Positions 43,110 to 52,024 of a stretch of DNA of 64,000 bases are shown here, piece after piece. The stretch is from the sequence record LR756511.1. One strand, written 5' to 3'. Position 1 is the stretch's first letter. Each line of letters opens with the position of its first letter. A model generated the notes under the pieces. That model was not told where the DNA came from. It did no database searches and saw only the letters and a list, made by a program, of their open reading frames with translations. The translations under genes and the position numbers were made by a program.

Positions 43110-44705
43110 ATGGCTGATATCACATATGTTTTGAATGACCCTACTACACCTAACTTAGTAATGCCTGTAGACCTTCCTCCAAAACCAAATGTTTTGGATT
43201 TTAAAGTTGACGGTTTCCGTGGTGCTACTCCTACCATGTACACACTTGAGCATCAAGCGGCGATGTGTCACTATGGGATCATTCATGCTATCAATTTAAT
43301 GAATAAATTCCTAAAGACGCCCGTTACCCACTGGTCGTCCGTTCAATCTTTATACGTTGAACCGCGTGCTGGAAAGCAATTAAATGCTTATTACGATAGA
43401 CAAGCATTGCGGTTCTTCTATGCAATGGACCCGATTAAAAAAGTAATGGTTTATGCATCTAATTCCGCAGAAGTTGTTCTGCACGAAACTGGACACGCTT
43501 TGCTAGACGCATTACGTCCAGACTTGTTTAATGTTCAGTCCTATGAAATATGGGGCTTTCATGAGTCATTTGGCGACATTCATGCTATCCTTAACTCGCT
43601 TCAATACGATTTGATGATTGATACAATGTTGGCCCAAACCAAGGGTGATTTAAGACAAAGTAGTGTTGTGACGGAACTTGCCGAAGAAATGGGACAGGCA
43701 ATCTACGACCTAACAGGCGGTAAAGGCGGATATTCTGCTGGTTGCCTACGTAATGCATTCAACAGTTTCACTTATGTAGAGCCAGAAACATTACCAAGAG
43801 ACGGCATGGATAATCAACTTACCAATGAACCTCATAGTTATTCCAGGGTGTTTACAGGCACTTGGTATGATCTTTTGGTTGAGATTTACGAAATGAATCG
43901 TCGTGTCGGTCAAGACCCAAAAACCGCTTTGATTGGTGCAAGAGATGTATTGACATCTTACACTTACAATGCTATCCCTAATGTTCCAGCAACACTTCGC
44001 TTCTACGATGCGTTTGCAAAAGCGATGTTGGTGCAGGATAAGCTAAACGATTACAAATACAACGCTGTAATGAATGATGTGTTTATTAAGAGGAACATTC
44101 TACGTCAACCAGTTAAGCCAATGGCGGCTATGAATTGGACATCCTTTAGAATGATGGCCGACCCAACCGATCAAATTCTAGAAGACCCAAATGTTTCTAT
44201 GGTCCGATCAAAAAATATTGAACTATTGACATTGCCAGATCATATGCTTAACGTTGAAGTTCCAAACGATTCTTATTACGAGTTTGACAAACATGGCGAC
44301 TGTATAGAAACTATTAGCACTTCCGCTTTAGAATTAATCGACCATGCTCGTAGTTGCGTTGAATTCTTAAAGCAAAAGGGCATGATTAGAAGTGACCGTT
44401 CGACTCCGTTTGAAATTACAGAGGACGGCAAGCTTATAAGGAGTCACTTTGCAGGTTGTTTCTTGAACAATGCAACTAATCCTAATGAGCCTGAATTTTT
44501 AAAAGGATGGAAGCCAGAGAATAATGCTGGCTGTAGCTGCGGTGGTAAAAAGAAACCCACTTGCAATAAAAACAGCAAACGAAGCATTGTAACTCAGGCT
44601 AATACCAGAATTAGTGTAAGTGGATGCGGCTTTTCAAAGATATCATCGGGACAAAGTGTTACCTACAATTTCCCAGGCAACACAAAAAGCACGCCGAGTT
44701 GTTAA
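43110..44705 (+). CDS. Zinc metallopeptidase (gluzincin, M4/M36-like)
   Basis: NAYYD, HETGH (HExxH), HESFGD (third ligand) and EPHSYSRVF. Cys-rich C-tail. Confidence 0.85.
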   Translation: MADITYVLNDPTTPNLVMPVDLPPKPNVLDFKVDGFRGATPTMYTLEHQAAMCHYGIIHAINLMNKFLKTPVTHWSSVQSLYVEPRAGKQLNAYYDRQALRFFYAMDPIKKVMVYASNSAEVVLHETGHALLDALRPDLFNVQSYEIWGFHESFGDIHAILNSLQYDLMIDTMLAQTKGDLRQSSVVTELAEEMGQAIYDLTGGKGGYSAGCLRNAFNSFTYVEPETLPRDGMDNQLTNEPHSYSRVFTGTWYDLLVEIYEMNRRVGQDPKTALIGARDVLTSYTYNAIPNVPATLRFYDAFAKAMLVQDKLNDYKYNAVMNDVFIKRNILRQPVKPMAAMNWTSFRMMADPTDQILEDPNVSMVRSKNIELLTLPDHMLNVEVPNDSYYEFDKHGDCIETISTSALELIDHARSCVEFLKQKGMIRSDRSTPFEITEDGKLIRSHFAGCFLNNATNPNEPEFLKGWKPENNAGCSCGGKKKPTCNKNSKRSIVTQANTRISVSGCGFSKISSGQSVTYNFPGNTKSTPSC

Positions 44706-44748
44706 ATTTCGCCCTTAGCTACTACTTATTAGATAAAAGGAGCTTACC

Positions 44749-45069
44749 ATGAGTAGAGAAGAAAATTTTTGGGCACGCACAAGTCCAGTTGGCTGCGTTG
44801 TAGAATTAGCTTGTCGTTACGACGACGAGGACGAAGAAGACGACGATGATGATTACGAGGATGAGGACGATGATCTAGACGACGACGACGATGATTTTGA
44901 TGACGATGAGGACGATGATCTAGACGATGAGGACGATGATGATGATTTTGATGACGATGAGGACGATGATCTAGACGACGACGATGATGATTTTGATGAT
45001 GAGGACGAGGATTATGACGACGATCTAGATGAGGACTATGATCTAGACGACGACGACGATGAAGATTAG
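44749..45069 (+). CDS. Extremely acidic low-complexity protein
   Basis: AAGGAG RBS. After residue 24 almost only Asp/Glu, punctuated by L/F/Y. Confidence 0.75.
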   Translation: MSREENFWARTSPVGCVVELACRYDDEDEEDDDDDYEDEDDDLDDDDDDFDDDEDDDLDDEDDDDDFDDDEDDDLDDDDDDFDDEDEDYDDDLDEDYDLDDDDDED

Positions 45070-45239
45070 TTTTTCTTCTGCTTCTTCATTGGCTTTTTGT
45101 TTCCTGGCAATGGAGTAAGGTCAAGAGTTGCATTACCTGTCCTCTTACGTTCCATGTCGGGGAATTCTGAAGCTGGCTCTGGTTCCATAACCGCTCTGCC
45201 AAATATAGATTCCGCCCATTGTTTGAAATCGAGTCTCAT
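45066..45239 (-). CDS. Small protein with capsid-targeting-like N-terminus and basic tail
   Basis: MRLDFKQWAES...KKPMKKQKKN. TAAATA lies 5 nt before the ATG. Confidence 0.6.
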   Translation of the reverse strand: MRLDFKQWAESIFGRAVMEPEPASEFPDMERKRTGNATLDLTPLPGNKKPMKKQKKN

Positions 45240-45249
45240 TAATATATTT

Positions 45250-45984
45250 ATGAAGATCGACATATTTATCTACAATTACGGAAGGTTTAATGATGCTTTA
45301 AAGCTATTTCAGGCTTTTGAGAAGTTATCATATAACACTTTTCTGCTCAATTGCGAGCATAAAAATGACCCACCTATTACAGCGACAGACAAGATTGTTA
45401 AACTGCCTAACATTTTCTATTCAGGCCAATGGAACGAGTCTTTAAAGCTAGCAACTGGCGATGTCCTCTTTCTCATCAATTCTGACGTAGATATTCCAAA
45501 ACCTAAGCTTGTTATGAAGCGAATGGAACAATTCTACGATCACTATAAAGATAAAGCTGGGCTATATGCCCCTAATCACTACTGGACACCCTGGACCTTT
45601 AATCCAGACCTTCTAGAGACTGTTGCTTTTGGGATGAAAAAGGTTCCAGCAACCGACAGCACTCTTTGGAGCGTTCGAAGGGATATTGCTGAAGAAGTCG
45701 GCCCCGTTGACTTGAAGCTTAACCCTATTGGTTGGAGCATTGAAGTTCTTGCTGCTTATTATTGTAAGCTAAAAGATATGTTGGTTGTGCGGGATTACCA
45801 TGTGAAATGCAATCACCCACATTCTAGTGCCTATCATCGCGGCGAAGCAGACATGCAATGGCGTAACTGGATAGCTACTAAAAATCTTGGCAGAGATTTT
45901 TGGGATTACTATGAGTCTAGAAGTAAGTATGGCTTTGGTTGGCGTGGCAATTATCAACCCGCCCTTGACTGCAAAATGCTATAA
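45250..45984 (+). CDS. GT-A fold (GT2-like) glycosyltransferase
   Basis: MKIDIFIYNY, WNESLKLA..DVLFLINSDV (DxD-like). Start moved to ATG 45250. Confidence 0.65.
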   Translation: MKIDIFIYNYGRFNDALKLFQAFEKLSYNTFLLNCEHKNDPPITATDKIVKLPNIFYSGQWNESLKLATGDVLFLINSDVDIPKPKLVMKRMEQFYDHYKDKAGLYAPNHYWTPWTFNPDLLETVAFGMKKVPATDSTLWSVRRDIAEEVGPVDLKLNPIGWSIEVLAAYYCKLKDMLVVRDYHVKCNHPHSSAYHRGEADMQWRNWIATKNLGRDFWDYYESRSKYGFGWRGNYQPALDCKML

Positions 45985-46398
45985 CGATTCTTCCAAATCT
46001 TCCATTGGTTTGATCTCTACGAAGTGAATCATATTGATGTCTTTACGGTTTTTCTTAATCTTGCCAAACTGACGGAATGCCAACCAAGCCACACCACCAT
46101 CCTTCACATCTAGAAGGCTTTTAATGGATATGCCACCCTTATCGTCTTCAGTCTGAAATGTAGTTTTTGATAAAAACAACTCATAGCCGTCTTTTGTATA
46201 GTTTACGTAAATCTTATCATCAGAAGGAATGAGTTTGTATTTACAGAACACTTCTGTTGCTGGTTCTGATGTTTCCCGCTTGTAATACCATACGGGAACA
46301 CTAACGCCGACGACATCCAGCGTATTTCCTTCACAGAGGCTATAACGCTGTTCTCTGGTTAAGAACACATTATGTGCAATCGTTAGTGTTAGGCTCAT
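45979..46398 (-). CDS. Hypothetical protein
   Basis: ATGA-coupled to the nuclease gene. Confidence 0.65.
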   Translation of the reverse strand: MSLTLTIAHNVFLTREQRYSLCEGNTLDVVGVSVPVWYYKRETSEPATEVFCKYKLIPSDDKIYVNYTKDGYELFLSKTTFQTEDDKGGISIKSLLDVKDGGVAWLAFRQFGKIKKNRKDINMIHFVEIKPMEDLEESL

Positions 46399-47156
46399 GT
46401 TAGAGAATAGAATGGGCATATTTGTCTGTAATCACATCTAGAACAATGACTTCCCACATTTCCTGTCACTCCATTGGGGTTGGTTTTCTCAATATCCATG
46501 TAGTGTTTGAGAAGCTCTTTTTCCACGCTATCTAAGGATTGCTCACTAAAACAAGCCCCTACCAACTCCTCACCTTCTAAATAGTAAAGTGCAGCTTTAA
46601 TATCAGAAGGATTTACATTAAATTCCTTTTGAACAACTCTGGCGTATGTCCTTAGCTGTAAATCGCCGCCAATTTCCTTTGGGCCTTTACGCCATTTGCT
46701 TTTCTTCGTAGTTTTATAGTCAAGAATCCAATATTTTCCGTTCTTTTCTATCAAGCGGTCAATATAGCCCATCACGATTCGTCCGTGTGGTGGGTCCAAA
46801 TCGAAATTAAATTCCCATTCCGTGTGACCCTCAAAACCAAGCTGGTCATTAATCTTTTTAAGTGATCGAATGTGAGAAATTAATTTATTCTTGTATTCAG
46901 TTGTTAATTTAATTACTGGCTTACCATCGTCCAATGGTATCTTGCCGTTCAAAACATCGCTGGCAATCTCAGAAATAACTCTCTGTCCTTTGGATTGGGT
47001 ATACACTTCAGCAATTTTGTGTATAATGGTTCCATAACCAAAGTAGATCGGGTCTTCTTCTAGAGAAGGTAGCTTTTCGTGATACTTGTATTTGTACTGC
47101 TGGTGACAGAGTTGCCAAACCCCGACACGCGAAACGCTTAAATGGTCTATTTTCAT
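46395..47156 (-). CDS. PD-(D/E)XK exonuclease, RecB/Cas4-like with Fe-S cysteines
   Basis: HLSVSR...C, GYIDRL, ILDYKT, QLRTY and C-terminal CSRCDYRQIC. Confidence 0.9.
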   Translation of the reverse strand: MKIDHLSVSRVGVWQLCHQQYKYKYHEKLPSLEEDPIYFGYGTIIHKIAEVYTQSKGQRVISEIASDVLNGKIPLDDGKPVIKLTTEYKNKLISHIRSLKKINDQLGFEGHTEWEFNFDLDPPHGRIVMGYIDRLIEKNGKYWILDYKTTKKSKWRKGPKEIGGDLQLRTYARVVQKEFNVNPSDIKAALYYLEGEELVGACFSEQSLDSVEKELLKHYMDIEKTNPNGVTGNVGSHCSRCDYRQICPFYSLT

Positions 47157-47210
47157 GTACGGTCCTTTGTTAGTATTATCGACACTTTAATAGAAAAAGG
47201 AATATGAAAA

Positions 47211-47825
47211 ATGGGATACGATGAAGAATTTTTTGAAAAATACCGAAATTACTTACAAGAAGAAACCGTAAGAAGAGTCCATGACGGCATGTTTAGAACC
47301 TTCTTTTCATTTTCCCAAGGTCGTTTGCCCAACCTACAGAATATAATCGACGCAAAACCACCTATTGAAGTTATTGATTTGGGATGCGGACTTTGCCAAG
47401 AATTCAAGCTTTATGGATGGTATAATTTTTACTTTGGTGTAGATAAAATGCCAGTTGGGGGTGATTACTTTGAGCAAGCTGATTATCTGACCTATCCTAT
47501 CACTAGGTCCGACAATACCTTTGTCAGTCTGTTCTCTACAGAATGCTGCTTGTCCGCTGAAGACAAATATGCTTTTTACAACAAACTATTCTCCGAAAAT
47601 CCTAACATTCGGTACGGCTTAGTCTCTGGATTTTATTACAAGGATAGGGTAGAAGATAAAAAGGTAGAAGAGGCAGGCGGATTGGTAAGCTACCAAACGA
47701 TTGAGAATCCGCAAAATCACCGATCCAAGTGGTTCGATGAATTTAGAGTTTACGCTGACGTGCCATCCGCATTATTCGGCCCTAACGTTGTAGAAGTTTG
47801 GAAATTCTTTAACCGACGATGGTAG
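47211..47825 (+). CDS. SAM-dependent methyltransferase-like protein
   Basis: VIDLGCG, YFGVD and EQADY motifs. Confidence 0.65.
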   Translation: MGYDEEFFEKYRNYLQEETVRRVHDGMFRTFFSFSQGRLPNLQNIIDAKPPIEVIDLGCGLCQEFKLYGWYNFYFGVDKMPVGGDYFEQADYLTYPITRSDNTFVSLFSTECCLSAEDKYAFYNKLFSENPNIRYGLVSGFYYKDRVEDKKVEEAGGLVSYQTIENPQNHRSKWFDEFRVYADVPSALFGPNVVEVWKFFNRRW

Positions 47826-48832
47826 ATTTTGATAGCTTTGTTGATTGGTGCGAAGATCGTTTTAATGGCGATGTTGTCGTCAAAGGGAAAGAAATCCGCA
47901 TCAATTCAATTTTTGCTCCTGAAGACAATAAACACCACCTTTGGTGCAGTCCATCGGGCGGAAAGCATCACCGCGACTACGGCGTTTACCATTGCTTTAA
48001 GACTGACAAGAAAGGCACTCTTATCAGTCTCATCATGGAAGTCGATAATTGTAGTTACGATGAAGCTAAAGAAATACTGACTGGCGCCACCTCCATTGGC
48101 GATTTAGAGGATTTGATTGACGATTTCTTCAAGAACAAAGAAGAGGAAATTGAAAAGCAGAAGAAAGCCAAATTACAACTTCCTCCTGATTGCGTTCTTA
48201 TTAGTAGCCTTCCGCCAAACAATATTGTTCGAATCAAAACCGAGAGCTACTTAAAAGATCGGAAGCTGCCTATTGACGGACTATATTTCGGTACCGATGA
48301 GGACTATCATGACAGGATTATCATTCCATATTATGATGCCGAAGGCGTGTTAATCTACTTCAATTCTCGCGCATTAAATGATGATGGTTTACGCTATCTA
48401 GGCCCAAAGAAAGAATGCGGCGTTGGCAAGCTGGATGTCCTGTATGTCCCCAAATGGCCCGCCAAAGGCTCAAGAGTCTATCTGACGGAAGGTGAATTTG
48501 ACGCCCTGACACTTTACTTATGTGGATTTAATGCGGCAGCGTGCGGTGGTAAGACATTAGGTGAAAAGCAAATCGAGTATCTTCGCGGTTATAAGATTTG
48601 TTTAGCCTTAGATGAAGATGCGGCTGGGTTTTCTGGAATTATCGAAATGAGTCGTAAACTGATTGCAAATCAGTTTACCGACACTACCTTCGTGCGCCCG
48701 CCCAAGGGATTAAAGGATTGGAATAAGATGCTTAAAAAGTTCAAGCCTGAGATTATTCAGGCTTGGATTCAACAAAACGAAAAACCATTCGATGATTTTA
48801 CTGCTGAGATGTTACTTAACAATTTGGAATGA
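47819..48832 (+). CDS. DNA primase (DnaG/gp61-like, TOPRIM)
   Basis: YLKDR, RIIIPY, LTEGEFDAL, LALDEDAAG and KDWN. Confidence 0.92.
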   Translation: MVDFDSFVDWCEDRFNGDVVVKGKEIRINSIFAPEDNKHHLWCSPSGGKHHRDYGVYHCFKTDKKGTLISLIMEVDNCSYDEAKEILTGATSIGDLEDLIDDFFKNKEEEIEKQKKAKLQLPPDCVLISSLPPNNIVRIKTESYLKDRKLPIDGLYFGTDEDYHDRIIIPYYDAEGVLIYFNSRALNDDGLRYLGPKKECGVGKLDVLYVPKWPAKGSRVYLTEGEFDALTLYLCGFNAAACGGKTLGEKQIEYLRGYKICLALDEDAAGFSGIIEMSRKLIANQFTDTTFVRPPKGLKDWNKMLKKFKPEIIQAWIQQNEKPFDDFTAEMLLNNLE

Positions 48833-49360
48833 TATAGCAATCCTTTTCCCGTCCTGTTGGATATTAGTTCTTTCGCCAATCTTTACCTTGAACATTTGGG
48901 AAGCTAATATCTTATATTTGTTGATTAAATCTTGGTTTACTTCTCTATTCTTGCCAGCATTCCAGCCTTTTCCAAACGTTTGACTAGGGATAAACTTAAT
49001 GGTTATTTGATCGTTCTGAACAATAGCGGTTGGTTGTCTTAAATCCTTACCCAATGATTGTTCCTGATTCTGTTGTGCTACGGCTGCTGGTTGCGCTTGT
49101 GCTGTCGAAGGTTGAGACATACCACCCATTAGACCACCAGCCATAGCTAAAGGTCCAGCCACATATTTACCTAACCAATTCTCGTCTAAATCTTCTTTAT
49201 GATTTTCCTCAAGCCACTCTTTAAAACCTTTAACTTTGTGCTTTTTCTTAGGAAGCTTCTTATAATTGGTTTTGTTGGCCCACTCTTCGCAATCGACCTT
49301 CCCACCGAATCCACCCGTTGCGAAACAGGCAGATGATTGTTTCTTACTTTTAAATGGCAT
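48812..49360 (-). CDS. Putative internal head protein with hydrophobic Gly/Ala segment
   Basis: Basic N-terminus, then VKGFKEWLEE...DLDE followed by NWLGKYVAGPLAMAGGLMGGM. Confidence 0.65.
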   Translation of the reverse strand: MPFKSKKQSSACFATGGFGGKVDCEEWANKTNYKKLPKKKHKVKGFKEWLEENHKEDLDENWLGKYVAGPLAMAGGLMGGMSQPSTAQAQPAAVAQQNQEQSLGKDLRQPTAIVQNDQITIKFIPSQTFGKGWNAGKNREVNQDLINKYKILASQMFKVKIGERTNIQQDGKRIAISFQIVK

Positions 49361-49368
49361 TAGTCTCC

Positions 49369-49707
49369 TTATGGCATATCATTAGGTGGAAATAACTTCT
49401 TTTTCTTCTTCTCCGCTTCCATTAAGTCTCTCTGTGCTACGAAATCAGCAAAGTTGCTTACTTCATTTTTAAACTTCTCTTTCTTGTGCGGAGTTCCAGA
49501 AGTGGTATGAGGCTGTTCCTTATAATGAGGGATATCACCCTCTTCCTTCTTTTTGGTAAAGACAGCATAAGGACACAACTTTCCGCCTTTTTTCGGCTTT
49601 CCTTTATGTTTGCACGCTTCTTTACTGAATTTCTCTGGATGATGGTCTAAGGCCGCTTTAATCGTTCCTCGCCAACCCTTATACGCTTTCTTATCTGGTT
49701 CTGGCAT
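49369..49707 (-). CDS. Lys-rich putative internal head protein
   Basis: CTAAATA 7 nt before the ATG. Highly basic, with NFADFVAQRDLME near the C-terminus. Confidence 0.65.
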   Translation of the reverse strand: MPEPDKKAYKGWRGTIKAALDHHPEKFSKEACKHKGKPKKGGKLCPYAVFTKKKEEGDIPHYKEQPHTTSGTPHKKEKFKNEVSNFADFVAQRDLMEAEKKKKKLFPPNDMP

Positions 49708-49738
49708 AGTACTTTATTTAGGCTACTATTATAAAAAT

Positions 49739-50155
49739 ATGGTAGAGTTCCTTAAACATTTCGCTGGCAAAGTTTGCACTATTGTTACTGTTGGCGAGCT
49801 TAATTTTAAATTCAAGTATGAGCAAATGCTCGATTACTTTATGGGTGTTGTTAAAGATATCACTCCACAAGGAGTGTTTATAGAACACATTCAAACCAAG
49901 TGCCTAACTTTCATTGCCTTTCCTTATATCGTTGCAATTACGGAGGAACAGGTGTTACGGGAGGATGATCCAGAGCAAAAGAAGATTATTGAGGAATACA
50001 GAAAAGAAAAGCCGATTACGGCTGCTAAGACAGCAATTCCGCAATCGACTTCGGTAGACCCTGTTGCTATGGCTAAACTTGCTCAAGAAGCTAAAGAACG
50101 TTGGGGACTTAACCCTTCAGCAACGACTTCAAATACTCCACACGTTCGTTCATAG
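49739..50155 (+). CDS. Hypothetical protein, possible Sm-like fold
   Basis: GKVCTIVT...FMGVVKDITPQGVFIE...FIAFPYIVAI. Confidence 0.55.
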   Translation: MVEFLKHFAGKVCTIVTVGELNFKFKYEQMLDYFMGVVKDITPQGVFIEHIQTKCLTFIAFPYIVAITEEQVLREDDPEQKKIIEEYRKEKPITAAKTAIPQSTSVDPVAMAKLAQEAKERWGLNPSATTSNTPHVRS

Positions 50156-51740
50156 GCATTGTTCCTAAGTGATTATGAACGACCAGAGACTTGTATTTTT
50201 CCATAGCAGATTCAGCCTTAAATAGTGATGGATTCTTCTCTACTTGTCTAAGGACTTTGATAAAGTTGACTCGCTTCGGACCTCCAGGTGGCGGCATCTT
50301 CTTAACTGCTTTACCTTGTCCCCAAAACTGAGGAAGACCTTTGCTTTTTACATAGTCCCTCAACTCCTGTGTAGTCATGTCAATCAATTCCAAATCAGTC
50401 TTATCTGCTGCCGCTGGTGGTGACTTTGGTATTTCTGCCGTTTCACCACCCGTGGATGGTGCAGGCGACATCTTCGCTTTTTCTTTTTCTATTTCTTTGC
50501 CTAAATCTTCAATAAGTTCGTTCGCTGTATCCTGATCCCAACTATCAAATTTGCCTTCGCGGTCATGTCTGAGAAAATGAAATCTTTCATTAGTGACAGG
50601 AGAAACACCTTTGTTAAATCCCTGGCTATAATACATTGCTCCCTGCAAAGCTATTAATGTATCCTTATCATTATCAGCCTTAGCCTTATCATATATTTTG
50701 ATAACATCTTCCATGTTGTTTATCTGGAAGTTCTTTTCCCTTTCTGCCTCTTCTGCCGCAGCTTGTGCCTTTGCTTCCGCTTCTTGTCTTGCCTTTAGAA
50801 CTTCTGGATTCTCTGGCTCTGGCGGCTTTGCTTCTGGTGGCTTTACTTCTGGTTGTGGTTGTGGCTGAGGCTGTGGCGATGCCGCATGATCTGCTGGCGC
50901 AACTTCATGTGGTTTCGACGCACCAGCGGGAGCAATCCTGTAAGCTTTAACCTTACCAAGCTCATCTATCATCGAATTTACAAGGCTAATGAAATTAGGA
51001 TTAATGTCAAAGCCCCTGGCAAGGACTTTCAATTTCTTCAACGACTCCATCGCCTTTTCTTTAGTTGTTTCAAAATTGGTCTGGTTTTGTCTCCATTGCC
51101 AAATATGTTTCAAAAGACTCTTGCCGCCACCATATATTCCACCAGCGGCACCACCTACCAATGCGCCTAAACCAGCACCAGCAAAAGTTCCAGCACCACC
51201 TGTAGGAACACCAGCGCCAACACCGCCTGCGGTTGCGCCAAGAGCGGCACCACCTGCGGCATGACGCCATACATCACCCCAAAAATCTCCAAGGGCTTCG
51301 TTGAATTGTTCGTTTGGTAGATGCCAGTTAGACAAATACCAATCAGCGATAGGAGTTAAATCAAACTTGTGATTTTCAATAAGAACGGCAGTAACTTCTA
51401 ACTTAAGGTCTAATTCCTTAGCCTCTAAGAATGAGAAATAAATTCTATTGAATTCTTTTCGGAAGTCGTTAATGATTTCCGCTTCTTCACCCGCCTGCCA
51501 GTAGAAATTCTCTTGCATGTCGCTGATGACTTTTTTAAGCTCGGCATATTCTTGCAAGGAAAGTTTAAAGGCACCATCCTTATGAACTTGTTCCGTAGTC
51601 CAGTTTTCAAGAGGGATAGTCCAACAATTTCGAGGGACTCGATAACTGCCTACGTTTTTGCTAATCTCAACGAATGCGCCGTCAAGAATTTGCAATTGTT
51701 CTCTAAGAATAGTGCCTTTTATTTTCTCCCAAGTATTCAT
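50109..51740 (-). CDS. Glycine-zipper protein with Pro-rich linker and C-terminal helix-extension-helix-like motif
   Basis: GGAALGATAGGVGAG...GAGLGALVGGAAGGIYGGG, PQPQPQP linker and DMTTQELRDYVKSKGL. CTAAATA 5 nt before the ATG. Confidence 0.75.
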   Translation of the reverse strand: MNTWEKIKGTILREQLQILDGAFVEISKNVGSYRVPRNCWTIPLENWTTEQVHKDGAFKLSLQEYAELKKVISDMQENFYWQAGEEAEIINDFRKEFNRIYFSFLEAKELDLKLEVTAVLIENHKFDLTPIADWYLSNWHLPNEQFNEALGDFWGDVWRHAAGGAALGATAGGVGAGVPTGGAGTFAGAGLGALVGGAAGGIYGGGKSLLKHIWQWRQNQTNFETTKEKAMESLKKLKVLARGFDINPNFISLVNSMIDELGKVKAYRIAPAGASKPHEVAPADHAASPQPQPQPQPEVKPPEAKPPEPENPEVLKARQEAEAKAQAAAEEAEREKNFQINNMEDVIKIYDKAKADNDKDTLIALQGAMYYSQGFNKGVSPVTNERFHFLRHDREGKFDSWDQDTANELIEDLGKEIEKEKAKMSPAPSTGGETAEIPKSPPAAADKTDLELIDMTTQELRDYVKSKGLPQFWGQGKAVKKMPPPGGPKRVNFIKVLRQVEKNPSLFKAESAMEKYKSLVVHNHLGTMPMNERVEYLKSLLKG

Positions 51741-51748
51741 GTTGATAT

Positions 51749-51979
51749 TTAGCCAATATCAGACTGGATTTCACTGATTTTCTTTAGCGACATCAAACAT
51801 GAGTCAAACCTGTGGAATTCACTATTTAAATAATCACGATAAAGACGTTCGAACTCCTCTGTATCCTTTTCTTCAATTTCAAAGACTACAGATTTGCCCT
51901 TCTTGCCTATTACCTTATACTTGTGCATCATAATATATGCCGCCGCACCCAAATCATTAATACATTTATTTATTCCCAT
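51749..51979 (-). CDS. Hypothetical protein
   Basis: 76-aa ORF (NDLGAAAYI...VVFEI). Confidence 0.65.
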   Translation of the reverse strand: MGINKCINDLGAAAYIMMHKYKVIGKKGKSVVFEIEEKDTEEFERLYRDYLNSEFHRFDSCLMSLKKISEIQSDIG

Positions 51980-52024
51980 TCTATTCCCTTCTTGTTATTC
52001 ATACTCTTATGCTTATAGCACAAG

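Noticed and set aside
44820-45065. GAC/GAT-rich repeats as a DNA-level satellite
   Set aside because: Fully explained by the poly-Asp coding sequence with a good RBS and start.
46395-47156. Cas4-like nuclease as evidence of a CRISPR-Cas system
   Set aside because: No array, cas1/cas2 or effector genes in the window. Stand-alone PD-(D/E)XK exonucleases next to primases are common in phages.
50765-51270. Overlapping ORFs across the glycine zipper (e.g. Trp/Arg-rich 51070-51270)
   Set aside because: Frame shadows of GGT/GCT-rich codons.
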